The translations under genes and the position numbers were made by a program. The notes below the pieces were generated by a model, which ran no database searches, was not told the DNA's origin, and was given only the letters and a program-made list of their open reading frames with translations. A DNA stretch of 64,000 nt from Trueperaceae bacterium (GTDB lineage: Bacteria; Deinococcota; Deinococci; Deinococcales; Trueperaceae): contig JBBDRK010000049.1 in the NCBI GenBank assembly GCA_040905465.1, forward strand, positions 160,001-224,000, read 5' to 3'. Numbering within the stretch: position 1 is the stretch's first letter; each line of letters begins with the position of its first letter. This document shows, piece by piece, positions 20,517 through 30,270 of the stretch.

Positions 20517-21740
20517 TCAGCGGTCGCCATCGCCGTCGCCACCGTCGCCGCCACCGTTGCCATCGCCGTCGCCGGCAACAGACGATGGCCATTCATCCCT
20601 GAGTTGGGACGACGAGATGTCCTCGTGAAACCTATCCTCGGGAAGCGCCTGGAACAGCTCGCGGGCAGCCGCCGGCACGTCCAGGTGCTCCAGCGTGAGA
20701 AAACGCCCGTCGCGGCGCCGGCCCGCCACGAGGAACCTGGCACCCAGAGTGCGCAACTCCTCCAGAGCGCCTATGCGGCTCTCTTCCGAGCCGTAGAACC
20801 GGCGCTCGAGCAGTCGGACCGCCGTATCGACCCCGACGACGAACGTATGGCCCGGAAACAATCGGGCCTTCTCGTTGAACAGAGGCGAGCGGGTGAGCAG
20901 CAGCGAGCGATTGCCGAGAAACTGGGCGGCGCGTCGTCGCGCCTCCGCCAGCCCGATCTCCTCCTTGTCGGCATTCGCCAGCGGCAGTTCGAACACCACC
21001 TCCGAGCCCAGGTAGGCGCCGGCCGCCTCGGCCAGGCGAATGTGGCCGTGGTGCACGGGATTGAAGGCGCCGCTCAGGATTGCCGCGCCCTCGGGAACCC
21101 GTTCCGCCACCTCACCTGCCGGCGTGACCTGAAACCAGCTCCTTCGTCCTGCTTCGAACTCGGCGGCTATCCCGGTCGCCACCAATCTCTGAAGCAACTG
21201 CTCGCCGGCGACCAGTTCCGGTAACGGTGCGCCCAGTACACCCTTGGCGTCGGCGACCGCTCTCATCACCAGCGAGCTCACCACCCGTTCCTCGCCGGCC
21301 CGGTCGCGTTCGCCCTTGGCGAGCCGCAGGCTGTAGTGGTGGATCCCGAACGTATCGTGGACGGCCGCTTCACAGCGATGCTCGCCGCGCTTGGTTCGGT
21401 CGGTGGCGATGGCGGCGCTCAGTCCCAGTCCGAACGTCGGCAGGTTGGCGCGGGCCAACGCGCTCGCGCGCCGTTGTGCCTGCTCGGCCAGCGCGGCAGC
21501 AACCTCCGAAGATGCGAAGCGCTTCGGCGTGAAGCCGACGGCTTCGATCAATGAAGCCGTCGTGTAGTGATCTACCGCTTCCAGCACGGTACGAGACGAA
21601 CCGGCAACGCTATGCAGCCAGTACAACGCCTCGGCTCCGGCCCCGGTGAACTTCATGACCATGAGGGGGGCGCCCGCGTGGATGTGCTCGAGCAGGGCGA
21701 GCGGCGGACCGTGGTCTGGCGAGCGGCCAGGTTCGTTCAT
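20517..21740 (-). CDS. CinA-like domain fused to a HIGH-family (NadD-like) nucleotidyltransferase
   Basis: TGAG..GSSRTVLEA..ATDRTKRGEHR N-domain; SGAFNPVHHGH, VGVDT and ISSSQLR C-domain; TACGCT 6 nt before the ATG at 21740. Confidence 0.75.
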   Translation of the reverse strand: MNEPGRSPDHGPPLALLEHIHAGAPLMVMKFTGAGAEALYWLHSVAGSSRTVLEAVDHYTTASLIEAVGFTPKRFASSEVAAALAEQAQRRASALARANLPTFGLGLSAAIATDRTKRGEHRCEAAVHDTFGIHHYSLRLAKGERDRAGEERVVSSLVMRAVADAKGVLGAPLPELVAGEQLLQRLVATGIAAEFEAGRRSWFQVTPAGEVAERVPEGAAILSGAFNPVHHGHIRLAEAAGAYLGSEVVFELPLANADKEEIGLAEARRRAAQFLGNRSLLLTRSPLFNEKARLFPGHTFVVGVDTAVRLLERRFYGSEESRIGALEELRTLGARFLVAGRRRDGRFLTLEHLDVPAAARELFQALPEDRFHEDISSSQLRDEWPSSVAGDGDGNGGGDGGDGDGDR

Positions 21741-21908
21741 TCCGGTAGCGTAGCCCTTCCGAGCCGGGCAGTGCCATGCGGTGACGGACTCGGGCTGCGC
21801 CACCGAGAACAAAGCTGTAAACTCCTGTCACTCAAGCGCCAGACACGCCTCTACTCTGTGCCGCGTCCGACTACTCTTGCAAAGGACGCAGCTGGCGGGT
21901 GAGTCGGT

Positions 21909-24662
21909 CTACTCGCCTTCGTCTCGTTCCGGTTCCTCTCCGTCCCCAACGACTCCGCCCTCGAAGAACCGGATAGGCCGCTCCTGTGGCCGAAGCTCGA
22001 TCACCACCGTATTCTCGCCCGACGTGAGGTCGATCGTCTGCTCGGCCGGCTCGAGCTGGTAGAGGTCGGACAGGTGTGGAGCCGTGGCCACGAGGCGCCA
22101 CTCGCCGGGGGGCAGGCGTCCGAACTCGAACCGGCCGCGCCCATCGCTGGTGGCGCGCCGTACCGACTGGCCTCCCCTCAACTCGAGAAGGATCCCGCTC
22201 ACCAGCTCGGCCTCTCGCTCCGGTCTACCTATGCCATAGACGGCGGTATTCTCACCTCCCGCGGGGACCACGAAGCTGACCTGTCCTCGCAAGCGAGCCG
22301 CATCCACTATCCTGAAGTCGACCTGGACGTTCGAGCCCGCCTGAACCTCCAGCGGAAGCGGGCTGGCCGGTACCGTCAGCTCGCGACGAGCGAGGCTGTC
22401 GGGATGCACGATGAGCTGGTGGGTCCCCTCCGGTACCGCGGGGAAGAGATAGCTCCCGTCCTCCTGGGTTACCGCCGAGCGCCCGGCGACCCGGAGAACC
22501 CGGAGGTCGAGGGGTTCTCCGTTTGCGTCGACGACCGTGCCCGAGACACTGCCCACCGTCGACAAGGGGCCGAGCGGCACGTCGATATCGTGTGAATAGG
22601 CCAGGCGAAGCGTGAGCCCGGCACTTCTGCTCCGGTAGAGATTCCCTCCCATAGTGATCGTCAACTTTCGCGCGGCATCGGGCACGTATCGGCCCTCGAG
22701 GTCGAGCCTCAGGACACGATCTCCCACCAGCCCCCAATCCCCGCCGGCGATTACCTCCAGGTCGGGCGTCACCGCTCCCGACCAGGCCGTTCGCAAGTTC
22801 AGGCTGGTGAACGAGCGCTCGTCTCTGGAGTAGCCCAGCTCTACTTCGGACGTCAGCTTGCCGCCGGCGGCAGGAGACCTCGCTCCCGCGCTGTAAGAGT
22901 AGGAGTACCGGGCACCGTCGACGGCCGTTCCCGACCGTCTCCGCAGGTCGATTCGCTGCTGGAGTTGAGTGTCATCCAGGAAGGTTCCGACCGAGACGCT
23001 GACCTCGTCGTCCTGACTTTCCCGGCTCGTCTCGCCAATGGTGGCTCGGTACTCGTGGGTATACTCCAGGCCCAGGTCGGCGCCCGCGATGGTGCCGTCG
23101 AATCCTATCTCCACTCTCGAATCCTGCTGCTCGATCACTCTCGGAGGGAACCACATCGTGCCAGTCCGGTACTCGGAATCGAGCCGGTAGCTTATCTCGA
23201 GATTGCTGGGGAAGTTCACCCCGAAGGAGATGGAAGCCGCGGCCGAGAACGTGGAGCGGTCCGACTGCTCGTCGTCGTAGCCACTCTCCCGGGCCCTGAA
23301 ACCGACGTCCAGATCGAGAGGCCCTTCCGCTATGCCGCCTCCGAGCCAGAGCGCCCGGCCTGCCTGACCAGAAGCGTCCTGTCGGCCGGCATACTCCACT
23401 TCGAGATCCAGGGCCCGTGCTGCCGGCGACGCGCTATTTGGCTTTGGGAGCAGTTGCCAGCGTGTTCCGAAATGCGACTCTCCGTCAACCGTCATGATCT
23501 GAGCGGAAGCTCGGAGAGACTCCTCCAAGGTAAAGCGAGCGCTTCCCCCGAACCCGGCTCCACTCTCACCAGCTAGCATGAACGCCTCCGCGGAGAACCG
23601 CAGGACGTTTATCGGCCACAACTCCGCCTTTGCGCTCACGCCCACGCCTGGGAGTTCCGGAAACAATGGCGCGGGGCTGATGCTCTGCCGACCGAGCGAG
23701 ATACGAAACTCGTCGTGCCGGTACTCGAGGAGGGCGCGATGCTGAGCGCTACCCAGGCCGGTCCCCAGCCGGATCCTGAAGGCGCCCGGCTGACGGTCCC
23801 ACAGCTTCCCCTGGCCGTCGACTTCGATAGTCGCGCGTTGCACAGCCGCTGCTGGATCGCCTCCCAGTTGGCCGAGGTTGATACTCGAAGTCGAAGTCAG
23901 TTTCAGCGGGAAGCTGTGTCTGGCGCTGGAGACGTCCGATTCGTGCGGGATGAGATCGACGGTTGCTTCGGCTACTCCGCCCAGCGACTGAGGTTGCATG
24001 TCCATGCCTTCGGCCCGCAGAGTCAACAGGTGAACCTCCGACCTGCTCAGGTCGGACGGGACGCCCACGCGGACGGCGATCTCGCGCGTCTCACCCGCCT
24101 CGAGATGTATTTCCTCGACCTCGAGTTCGAGTCGAAGCCCGAGGTTATCTTCTGCGGTCAGCCTCAGAGCAGCGGTGGCGTTGCCGCCATTTCGCACGGC
24201 GAATACTGCCGTGTAGTCACCAGCCACCACCACTCCTGGCGCGTCTAGCAGTAGCACCTCGACATCGGCTACCGCGACCACTCTCACCTCGAAATCGACG
24301 GAGTTCGCGGCTTCTCCCCCCAAGGCGAGAACCGTGATCGTATAGGAACCGGCCTCGGCGTGCTGGGGCACCAGCAGACTGAACACCTCGGTGGTCGTCT
24401 CGCCCGGCGCCAGCGTCATCCGCACCGGTGGAACGAGTAAGCGCCAGCCGGCCGGCAACTGTGGCTCGAGTGTTCCGTTCCACGCGTCGTCACCTATGTT
24501 CCCCGCCATCAGGACGAGGTTCGCCGTCTGCCGTGGGGCCAGTTCAGTGGGCGGCGCCAGCGCCGTCAGGTTGAGGTTCGCCTGGGAATCTACTATCCCG
24601 ACAACCAGGAACACGCTCATGAGCCACGAGTGCCGGAGGACTTTTCTGGCCGGCACCTTCAT
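21909..24662 (-). CDS. Putative usher-like outer-membrane protein (two NEW3/Ig-like domains, predicted beta-barrel, two carboxypeptidase-regulatory-like domains)
   Basis: Signal peptide; LPAGW..LAPGET..VPQHAEAGSY; VRNGGNA; long amphipathic beta-strand region; SGTVVDANG..DGSYLFPAVPEGTH and GRFEFGRLPPGEW. Confidence 0.6.
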   Translation of the reverse strand: MKVPARKVLRHSWLMSVFLVVGIVDSQANLNLTALAPPTELAPRQTANLVLMAGNIGDDAWNGTLEPQLPAGWRLLVPPVRMTLAPGETTTEVFSLLVPQHAEAGSYTITVLALGGEAANSVDFEVRVVAVADVEVLLLDAPGVVVAGDYTAVFAVRNGGNATAALRLTAEDNLGLRLELEVEEIHLEAGETREIAVRVGVPSDLSRSEVHLLTLRAEGMDMQPQSLGGVAEATVDLIPHESDVSSARHSFPLKLTSTSSINLGQLGGDPAAAVQRATIEVDGQGKLWDRQPGAFRIRLGTGLGSAQHRALLEYRHDEFRISLGRQSISPAPLFPELPGVGVSAKAELWPINVLRFSAEAFMLAGESGAGFGGSARFTLEESLRASAQIMTVDGESHFGTRWQLLPKPNSASPAARALDLEVEYAGRQDASGQAGRALWLGGGIAEGPLDLDVGFRARESGYDDEQSDRSTFSAAASISFGVNFPSNLEISYRLDSEYRTGTMWFPPRVIEQQDSRVEIGFDGTIAGADLGLEYTHEYRATIGETSRESQDDEVSVSVGTFLDDTQLQQRIDLRRRSGTAVDGARYSYSYSAGARSPAAGGKLTSEVELGYSRDERSFTSLNLRTAWSGAVTPDLEVIAGGDWGLVGDRVLRLDLEGRYVPDAARKLTITMGGNLYRSRSAGLTLRLAYSHDIDVPLGPLSTVGSVSGTVVDANGEPLDLRVLRVAGRSAVTQEDGSYLFPAVPEGTHQLIVHPDSLARRELTVPASPLPLEVQAGSNVQVDFRIVDAARLRGQVSFVVPAGGENTAVYGIGRPEREAELVSGILLELRGGQSVRRATSDGRGRFEFGRLPPGEWRLVATAPHLSDLYQLEPAEQTIDLTSGENTVVIELRPQERPIRFFEGGVVGDGEEPERDEGE

Positions 24663-24737
24663 TGGATCAGGCCGAGACTGCCTGAACGCCGGCTCGACTC
24701 GAGCAACCGAGACAGTCGCGCAACCGTGGTACCGGGT

Positions 24738-25577
24738 TCAGGGAGTACCGACACGCAGTGTGTAGCGAGCTCCAAACACGTCCTCGCCACCGGCGTCGAC
24801 CACCACGATGCCGGTGTACTCGCCGGGCGCGAGATTCGCGAGCCGAAAGGTCTGCCCCACTCGTTCTTCCGGAAAGACCAGCGGCGGCTCGCCTTCGAAC
24901 CGCCGCACGTGCTCGCCGCCGCCGTCGTACAGATCGAGGTAGCTGTCGGGCCACACGAGCCGTTGACCCGAGTTGACGAGTGATACCGAGAAGGCCCACC
25001 CGTCCTGCTCATGAACTTTCAGGCTTGGATTCGTGAAAGCGAGCTGCACCGGCGTGCGCGCCCGAGCATTGGTAACCAGGTAAATACCGTATCGAGTCAC
25101 CGACCTGATCCGCACCCCTTGGGCGGCTGCAGCCTCGCCGACTGGGGCATTCTCCACCATCACCATGCTCCAGTAGGAATCGTGGAGGCCCGGGTCGTCG
25201 GGTACGCTGACCGTGTAGCCGACGGTTGCACTTTCACCGGCCTCGATCTGCACCGACCCCAACTCGAGCTCGATCCAATCGGCGTTGGAGCGGGGATGAC
25301 TACCCGGCTCCAGGAAAGCCTGTACATCCCCCTCGAAAACGACGTCGTTGATATAGATCGTTGCCGTTGCCGCGGCAGTGCTCTGGTTCCGCAACGTCAA
25401 CGTTCCCCGGTAACTATCGCCTGGCCGCGCATCCTCCTGGATGTAGATCAGGTCGCCGGCTACCGCGATCTGGGCACGTGCCGGGCTAGCGAACTGGCTT
25501 GCGAGAGCCAGCGCGAGGGTAACGAACAGCGACGAACGACCGAGCCGTTCGAGTGCCCCAAGCGGCAGTTGGCTCAC
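24738..25577 (-). CDS. Putative periplasmic pilus chaperone (PapD-like two-Ig-domain protein)
   Basis: Signal peptide; PGDSYRGTLTLRN, RSNADWI, YTVSVP, SYWSMVMVE, VNSG, LAPGEYTGIVVVD. Confidence 0.65.
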   Translation of the reverse strand: MSQLPLGALERLGRSSLFVTLALALASQFASPARAQIAVAGDLIYIQEDARPGDSYRGTLTLRNQSTAAATATIYINDVVFEGDVQAFLEPGSHPRSNADWIELELGSVQIEAGESATVGYTVSVPDDPGLHDSYWSMVMVENAPVGEAAAAQGVRIRSVTRYGIYLVTNARARTPVQLAFTNPSLKVHEQDGWAFSVSLVNSGQRLVWPDSYLDLYDGGGEHVRRFEGEPPLVFPEERVGQTFRLANLAPGEYTGIVVVDAGGEDVFGARYTLRVGTP

Positions 25578-25687
25578 CCTGCCCTTATCGCGTCCGCCAG
25601 GTAGGTTGCAACTATCGGCATGCTCCGCCGTAGCTTATCATTACCGGCTCTAAGCGAGCCGGCACGGAGATCTAACGGGTCTTACGA

Positions 25688-26182
25688 CTAACTGCCGCCG
25701 CCGGCCGTAATAGTGTATCTGATAACGATATCGGTATCGTCGATGGGACCGGTTGCCACGGCACCGAAGGTGACGGTGGCCGTGCCGCCGGTCGTGCCGC
25801 TCGAGATCCCTGTTATCAGGTTACTAGTGCTGTTGGTCACCACCACCGACGTGCCGGAACCGGCACCGGTGTCGGCAGCGGCGGTTGCCGTCAGCGTGAG
25901 ACCGTCGGGCAGGGTGCCGTTTGCCTGAACAGTTATCCTTCGGATTATCGTCTGATTGTTCGAGTACTCGAGTGCGTGAACGCCGGCGATCGTGGCTTCG
26001 TAGTCGCCGGTTGCGGTCTCCGTATCGAACGTTATCGCGACGTCCCCGGTGGTAGTGATGCTGTCTGCGACTCTCCAGAGGACTGCGATGGTCGAATCGA
26101 CGGTATTGGGTTGCCCGAACGACGCCGTCAACAGCAGCAGCGCGACCAATGGCAACGGTATCTTACGGATTAGCTCTCTCAC
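25688..26182 (-). CDS. Putative pilin/fibre subunit
   Basis: 164 aa; signal peptide; Thr/Gly/Ala-rich and predicted beta-rich; RRITVQ..LPDGLTL, LITGI, C-terminal strand IVIRYTIT; GAGGGG RBS. Confidence 0.6.
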   Translation of the reverse strand: MRELIRKIPLPLVALLLLTASFGQPNTVDSTIAVLWRVADSITTTGDVAITFDTETATGDYEATIAGVHALEYSNNQTIIRRITVQANGTLPDGLTLTATAAADTGAGSGTSVVVTNSTSNLITGISSGTTGGTATVTFGAVATGPIDDTDIVIRYTITAGGGS

Positions 26183-26200
26183 GGCGTCCCCTCAATTGAA

Positions 26201-26228
26201 AAGCTACGTAGTATTTGCGATTTGTCAA
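26201..26228 (-). promoter_or_regulatory. Sigma70-type promoter of the pilus-like operon
   Basis: Minus strand TTGACA-16 nt-TAGCTT in an AT-rich patch just upstream of the RBS. Confidence 0.6.
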
Positions 26229-26313
26229 GCGTAATAGTTATCTATAGCACACTTGGCGGCACAAGGTGTCATCATCGCCGTAATTCACCCCCGCGGATCG
26301 TCGATAGCCGCGG

Positions 26314-27540
26314 TCACACCGCTGGGCTTCCTGCCACATAGACTTGCGTGACCCTGAAGTCGTCATCCAACGCGACCATATCGGAGCGTAGGCCCACTGC
26401 GATCTCACCGCGATCGGCCAGTCCCAGGTAACGAGCCGGAACCGCCGACAGCATCGCCGAAGCCTCGGCCAGGGGTACCCCGACGGCCAGTACATTGCGC
26501 AGGGCCCGGTCGAGCGTCAGGACGCTGCCCGCGAGGGTGCCGTCGGCCAGCCGGGCGGCTCCCCGGTCTATCGTGACCGGCAGGCCACCGAGTTCCGTCT
26601 CGCCATCCCCCTGTCCACCCGCCCTGATGCAGTCGGTCACCAGCATGAGACGGCCATCCTTGGCCGCGCGCGCCGCGTGCAGCGCGCCTTCGGCCACATG
26701 ATGCCCGTCGAATATCAGCTCGGCGTAGCCGTCCACCAGCGCCAGGGCCGCCCCGGCAGTTCCGGGCGCCCGACCCTCCACTCCACCCATTGCGTTGTAG
26801 AGATGGGTGAAGCCAAAGGTGCCGCTCGCCTCACGCACGGCTCGCGCCAGCTCACGCACCGTTTCGTAATCGGCGCGAGTGTGCCCAACGCTCACCCGAA
26901 CTCCCGCTTCAGCGAACACCCGCGCCGCAGCCAGCGCACCTGGGAGCTCCGGTGCCAGCGTCACTACCCGCACGACGTCGCGACCGAGCACCTCGGCGAC
27001 CAGTTCGGGTAACGGATGCAGGGCGAACGGGGGCTGGGCGCCCAGGCGATCCGGACTTATGAACGGCCCTTCGAGATGAGCGCCCGGGATATTCGGGAGC
27101 GGGACCGCGGGTTGCGAGTCATCCCCTGCCTCGCTATCGATCTCGCCGGCAGATGCGGAGACTCCCGTGACCACGGCTTTTGCAGCGCCGGCTTCCGCGA
27201 CACCGGAAGACTCGCTCGCTCGGGCCCCAGCCAGTTGGGAGCGCACCCGGGCCACCCCGTCGAGCGCCGCCAGCACCCTCTCCCAGGGGTTGGTCATCGT
27301 GGTGGGTAACAGGGTTGTGGTGCCGTGGCGCAGGTGGAAACGAGCCAGTGCACGGATACCTTCGGGACCGTCCATGGTGTCTCCGCCGCCACCTCCGTGC
27401 AGGTGGCAGTCGATGAAACCGGGCACGATCAGAGGTCCGTCGACGTCCGCCGCGACGACCTCCTCTATCCGCTCACCGAAGCGCACTGTGCCGCGAATGA
27501 GCCCGGAAGGGGTGAGGATCCGACCGTGGAGCTCAGTCAT
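26314..27540 (-). CDS. nagA: N-acetylglucosamine-6-phosphate deacetylase
   Basis: PGFIDCHLHG, HLEGPF, TLAPE, VGHT, THLYNAM, DGHH, TD, LAGS. Confidence 0.95.
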   Translation of the reverse strand: MTELHGRILTPSGLIRGTVRFGERIEEVVAADVDGPLIVPGFIDCHLHGGGGGDTMDGPEGIRALARFHLRHGTTTLLPTTMTNPWERVLAALDGVARVRSQLAGARASESSGVAEAGAAKAVVTGVSASAGEIDSEAGDDSQPAVPLPNIPGAHLEGPFISPDRLGAQPPFALHPLPELVAEVLGRDVVRVVTLAPELPGALAAARVFAEAGVRVSVGHTRADYETVRELARAVREASGTFGFTHLYNAMGGVEGRAPGTAGAALALVDGYAELIFDGHHVAEGALHAARAAKDGRLMLVTDCIRAGGQGDGETELGGLPVTIDRGAARLADGTLAGSVLTLDRALRNVLAVGVPLAEASAMLSAVPARYLGLADRGEIAVGLRSDMVALDDDFRVTQVYVAGSPAV

Positions 27541-27541
27541 G

Positions 27542-28579
27542 CTAGATGGTCCGAGTGACCTTGGAGATATTGCGTGGGCTATCGGGGTCGTAGCCGCGAG
27601 ACACACTCAGATGCAAAGCAAGCAGCTGACCCGCCAGCACCAGCAGGAACGCTTCGGTTGCCGAGTGCAGCCCGGCCGGCAGCGGCACGGCAGCGTTGGC
27701 ACCTGCAAGCAGTTCGGTGGCGCTGCTCATCACCGTCAAGTCCGCCTGGAGCTCGTGCAGCCGGGCGACAGCAAGGGCGTTCGGTTCGCGCGTCGCATCA
27801 CCCGTCGCCAGCAGGAGGACCGGAGCGCGAGAGGAGAGCGCCGCTATCGGGCCGTGCTGGAACTCAGCGGCAGAGTAGGCCTGGGTGCCCATGTAGCTGG
27901 TTTCCTTGAGTTTGAGTGCCACCTCCTGGGCGACCGCGAAGGAGAAGCCGCGGCCGAGCACGTAGGCCTCGTCGGCGTGGGTGAGCCGCAGAGCGGCGTG
28001 AGCGACTTCCTGGCGTTCCGTAAGCAATTCGCGCATCGCTCCCGGCACCGCCTGCAGGGCAGCCAACAACTCCTCGTTACCCGACCAGTACGCCACCAGC
28101 AGGGCCAACAGCATCATCTGGCTGGTGAACGTCTTGGTCGCGGCAACCGCCTGCTCCTCACCCGCCAGCTGCTGAAGTTCCAAGTCGGCCGCGTTGGCAA
28201 GCGGACTCTCAGGATCGTTGGTTATCGCCACCGTCAGCGCGCCCGAGGCCTCCAGCGATTCGAGCGAGCGGCGGACATCCTCGGAGCGGCCCGACTGGCT
28301 CACGGCAATCGCAATCGCCTTCTCCACCCGCATCTGCGAGCCGTACACGGTGAGCAGGCTGGGCGGCATGCTGGCGACCGGCAGTCCCAAGTAGCGTCCG
28401 GCGAGGTACCCGAAGAAGGTGACGGCGTTGTCCGAAGATCCCCGCGCCAGCGTGACGATCAGCGGGCAGTCGGCGGCCCGCAACGCCGCCGCGACCCGCT
28501 TCGGCTCGTCGCCGTCCAGGAGGCGCTGCAGCACGTCGGGCTGCTCGAGGACCTCTCGCTCGAAATGACTCACTGGCAC
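27542..28579 (-). CDS. SIS-domain glucosamine-6-phosphate deaminase (NagB-II/GlmD type)
   Basis: ARGSSDNA, SQSGRSED, GEEQAVAATKTF, EVALKLKE, EFQHGP, DSPRNISKVT; no GATase domain. Confidence 0.88.
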   Translation of the reverse strand: MPVSHFEREVLEQPDVLQRLLDGDEPKRVAAALRAADCPLIVTLARGSSDNAVTFFGYLAGRYLGLPVASMPPSLLTVYGSQMRVEKAIAIAVSQSGRSEDVRRSLESLEASGALTVAITNDPESPLANAADLELQQLAGEEQAVAATKTFTSQMMLLALLVAYWSGNEELLAALQAVPGAMRELLTERQEVAHAALRLTHADEAYVLGRGFSFAVAQEVALKLKETSYMGTQAYSAAEFQHGPIAALSSRAPVLLLATGDATREPNALAVARLHELQADLTVMSSATELLAGANAAVPLPAGLHSATEAFLLVLAGQLLALHLSVSRGYDPDSPRNISKVTRTI

Positions 28580-28681
28580 TCCTTTCGGTACATACGGCAG
28601 GCCGCTGAAGGCTCGTGTACCGATTGTCGCCCATCCAGCACCGGTCGGCGCGCAGATGCCGGGCGGAGGTAGACTCTGGGC

Positions 28682-29350
28682 ATGCTCACACGCGGTCTAA
28701 TCGTGTCCTGTCAGGCGCGTCCCGACAACCCGCTCCACGGCCCGGAAATCATGGCGGCCATGGCAAGGGCGGCCGAGCAGGGCGGAGCGGCCGGCATCCG
28801 CGCCAACGAGCCGGACGACATAGCCTCGATCAGGCAGTCGACGGCGCTACCGATAATCGGGATCTACAAGCGCGAGATAGCCGGATTCGCTACCTGCATC
28901 ACACCGGATCTGGCCAGCGCCCGAGCGGTCGCCGAGGCGGGAGCGGACATAGTGGCGGTGGACGCCACCGCGCGCCCCCATCCTGAAGGCAGTGCCAGCG
29001 ACCTGATCCGGGCGGTCAAGCGAGAGCTGCGGGTCCCGGTGTTCGCCGACGTGTCGAAGTTCGACGAGGGGATAGAAGCGGCGCGGGCGGGGGCCGACTA
29101 TGTCGCCACCACTCTCGCCGGGTATACCGCCGATTCGGCCCAGGGAGACGGTCCCGACCTGGAACTGCTGGCCGCGCTCGCCCGGGCCATCGATGTTCCG
29201 GTCGTCGCCGAGGGTCGCTTCTGGACTCCACTCGAGGTGGAGCAGGCGTTCGAGTTTGGGGCGTTCGCCGTGGTGGTCGGAACCGCCATAACCAACCCCC
29301 GCGAGATAACCAGGCGCTTCGCGGCCGCCGTGCCTGAAGAGGACTCGTGA
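28682..29350 (+). CDS. nanE: N-acetylmannosamine-6-phosphate 2-epimerase
   Basis: GLIVSCQA, GIRAN, PIIGIYK, ITP, TTLAGYT, VAEGR, VVGTAITNP. Confidence 0.95.
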   Translation: MLTRGLIVSCQARPDNPLHGPEIMAAMARAAEQGGAAGIRANEPDDIASIRQSTALPIIGIYKREIAGFATCITPDLASARAVAEAGADIVAVDATARPHPEGSASDLIRAVKRELRVPVFADVSKFDEGIEAARAGADYVATTLAGYTADSAQGDGPDLELLAALARAIDVPVVAEGRFWTPLEVEQAFEFGAFAVVVGTAITNPREITRRFAAAVPEEDS

Positions 29351-30270
29351 TAGGTCTCGGCATAGACGCCGGCGGCTCGAGCACCCGCTGGCTGTTGCGT
29401 GACGAGGCCGGCGTCGAGATCGGCCGGGGAACCGCGGGCCCGATCACCGGGCACGTGTTCACTCCCGCTGATCTCGAGGCCACCAGGGAACGGCTTCTGG
29501 CGCTCATCGCCGAGGTGCTGACCGTCGCCCGGCCGGACGCCGTGGTTGCGGGCATCACCGGCTATCATCCCAGGTCCGAGGCGTCCGAAGCCCTTGCCCG
29601 AGCTATCTGCGATCGGCTGGGTATCGGCCACAGCCGCGCGTCGCTGGTCGACGACATGCTCATCGCCTACGCCAGCGTGTTCGAGCCCGGCCAAGGAGTC
29701 CTGCTCTACGCTGGCACCGGCAGCGTGGGGTATCACGTCGGCGTCGATGGAACTCCGCTGCGGGTAGGTGGTTACGGCTACCTGATCGACGACGCCGGAG
29801 CCGGCTACTGGATAGGCCACCAGGGGATCAGGCAGACCATGCGCTGGACGGACGAGGCGCAAGGCGCCCGGCAGCACCCGCTGGCACGGACCATCCATGG
29901 CGCGCTGGGCTGCCATGACTGGGACGACATTGCGATCGAGGTGTACCGTGGCGGTCGGCAGCGGGTTGCCGCGCTGGCGCCGGCGGTGGCCGAGGCTGCC
30001 GAAGCCGGCGACGAGGCCGCGGTGGCCATTTTGCGCACCGCCGGTACCGAGCTCGCCCGTCTCGCCAATCTGCTGTCGGCGCGGATCGGACGGCCCCTGC
30101 CGGTCGCGTTCACAGGCGGCATAGCCAGACTCAGCCCCCTGCTGAACGACAGCCTCCGCGCCGAACTGGGTCCGGGTACGTCGTTCGAAGTGGTGAATGT
30201 CGAGCCGATCACTGCCGCCGCGCGCATGGCGATCGAACTGGCCGGTGGTGCGCAGGTGACTACTGGTTGA
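29347..30270 (+). CDS. BadF-type N-acetylhexosamine kinase
   Basis: GIDAGGSST, AGTGS, VGGYGYLIDDAGAGYWIG, TGG; GTGA overlap with nanE. Confidence 0.88.
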   Translation: MIGLGIDAGGSSTRWLLRDEAGVEIGRGTAGPITGHVFTPADLEATRERLLALIAEVLTVARPDAVVAGITGYHPRSEASEALARAICDRLGIGHSRASLVDDMLIAYASVFEPGQGVLLYAGTGSVGYHVGVDGTPLRVGGYGYLIDDAGAGYWIGHQGIRQTMRWTDEAQGARQHPLARTIHGALGCHDWDDIAIEVYRGGRQRVAALAPAVAEAAEAGDEAAVAILRTAGTELARLANLLSARIGRPLPVAFTGGIARLSPLLNDSLRAELGPGTSFEVVNVEPITAAARMAIELAGGAQVTTG

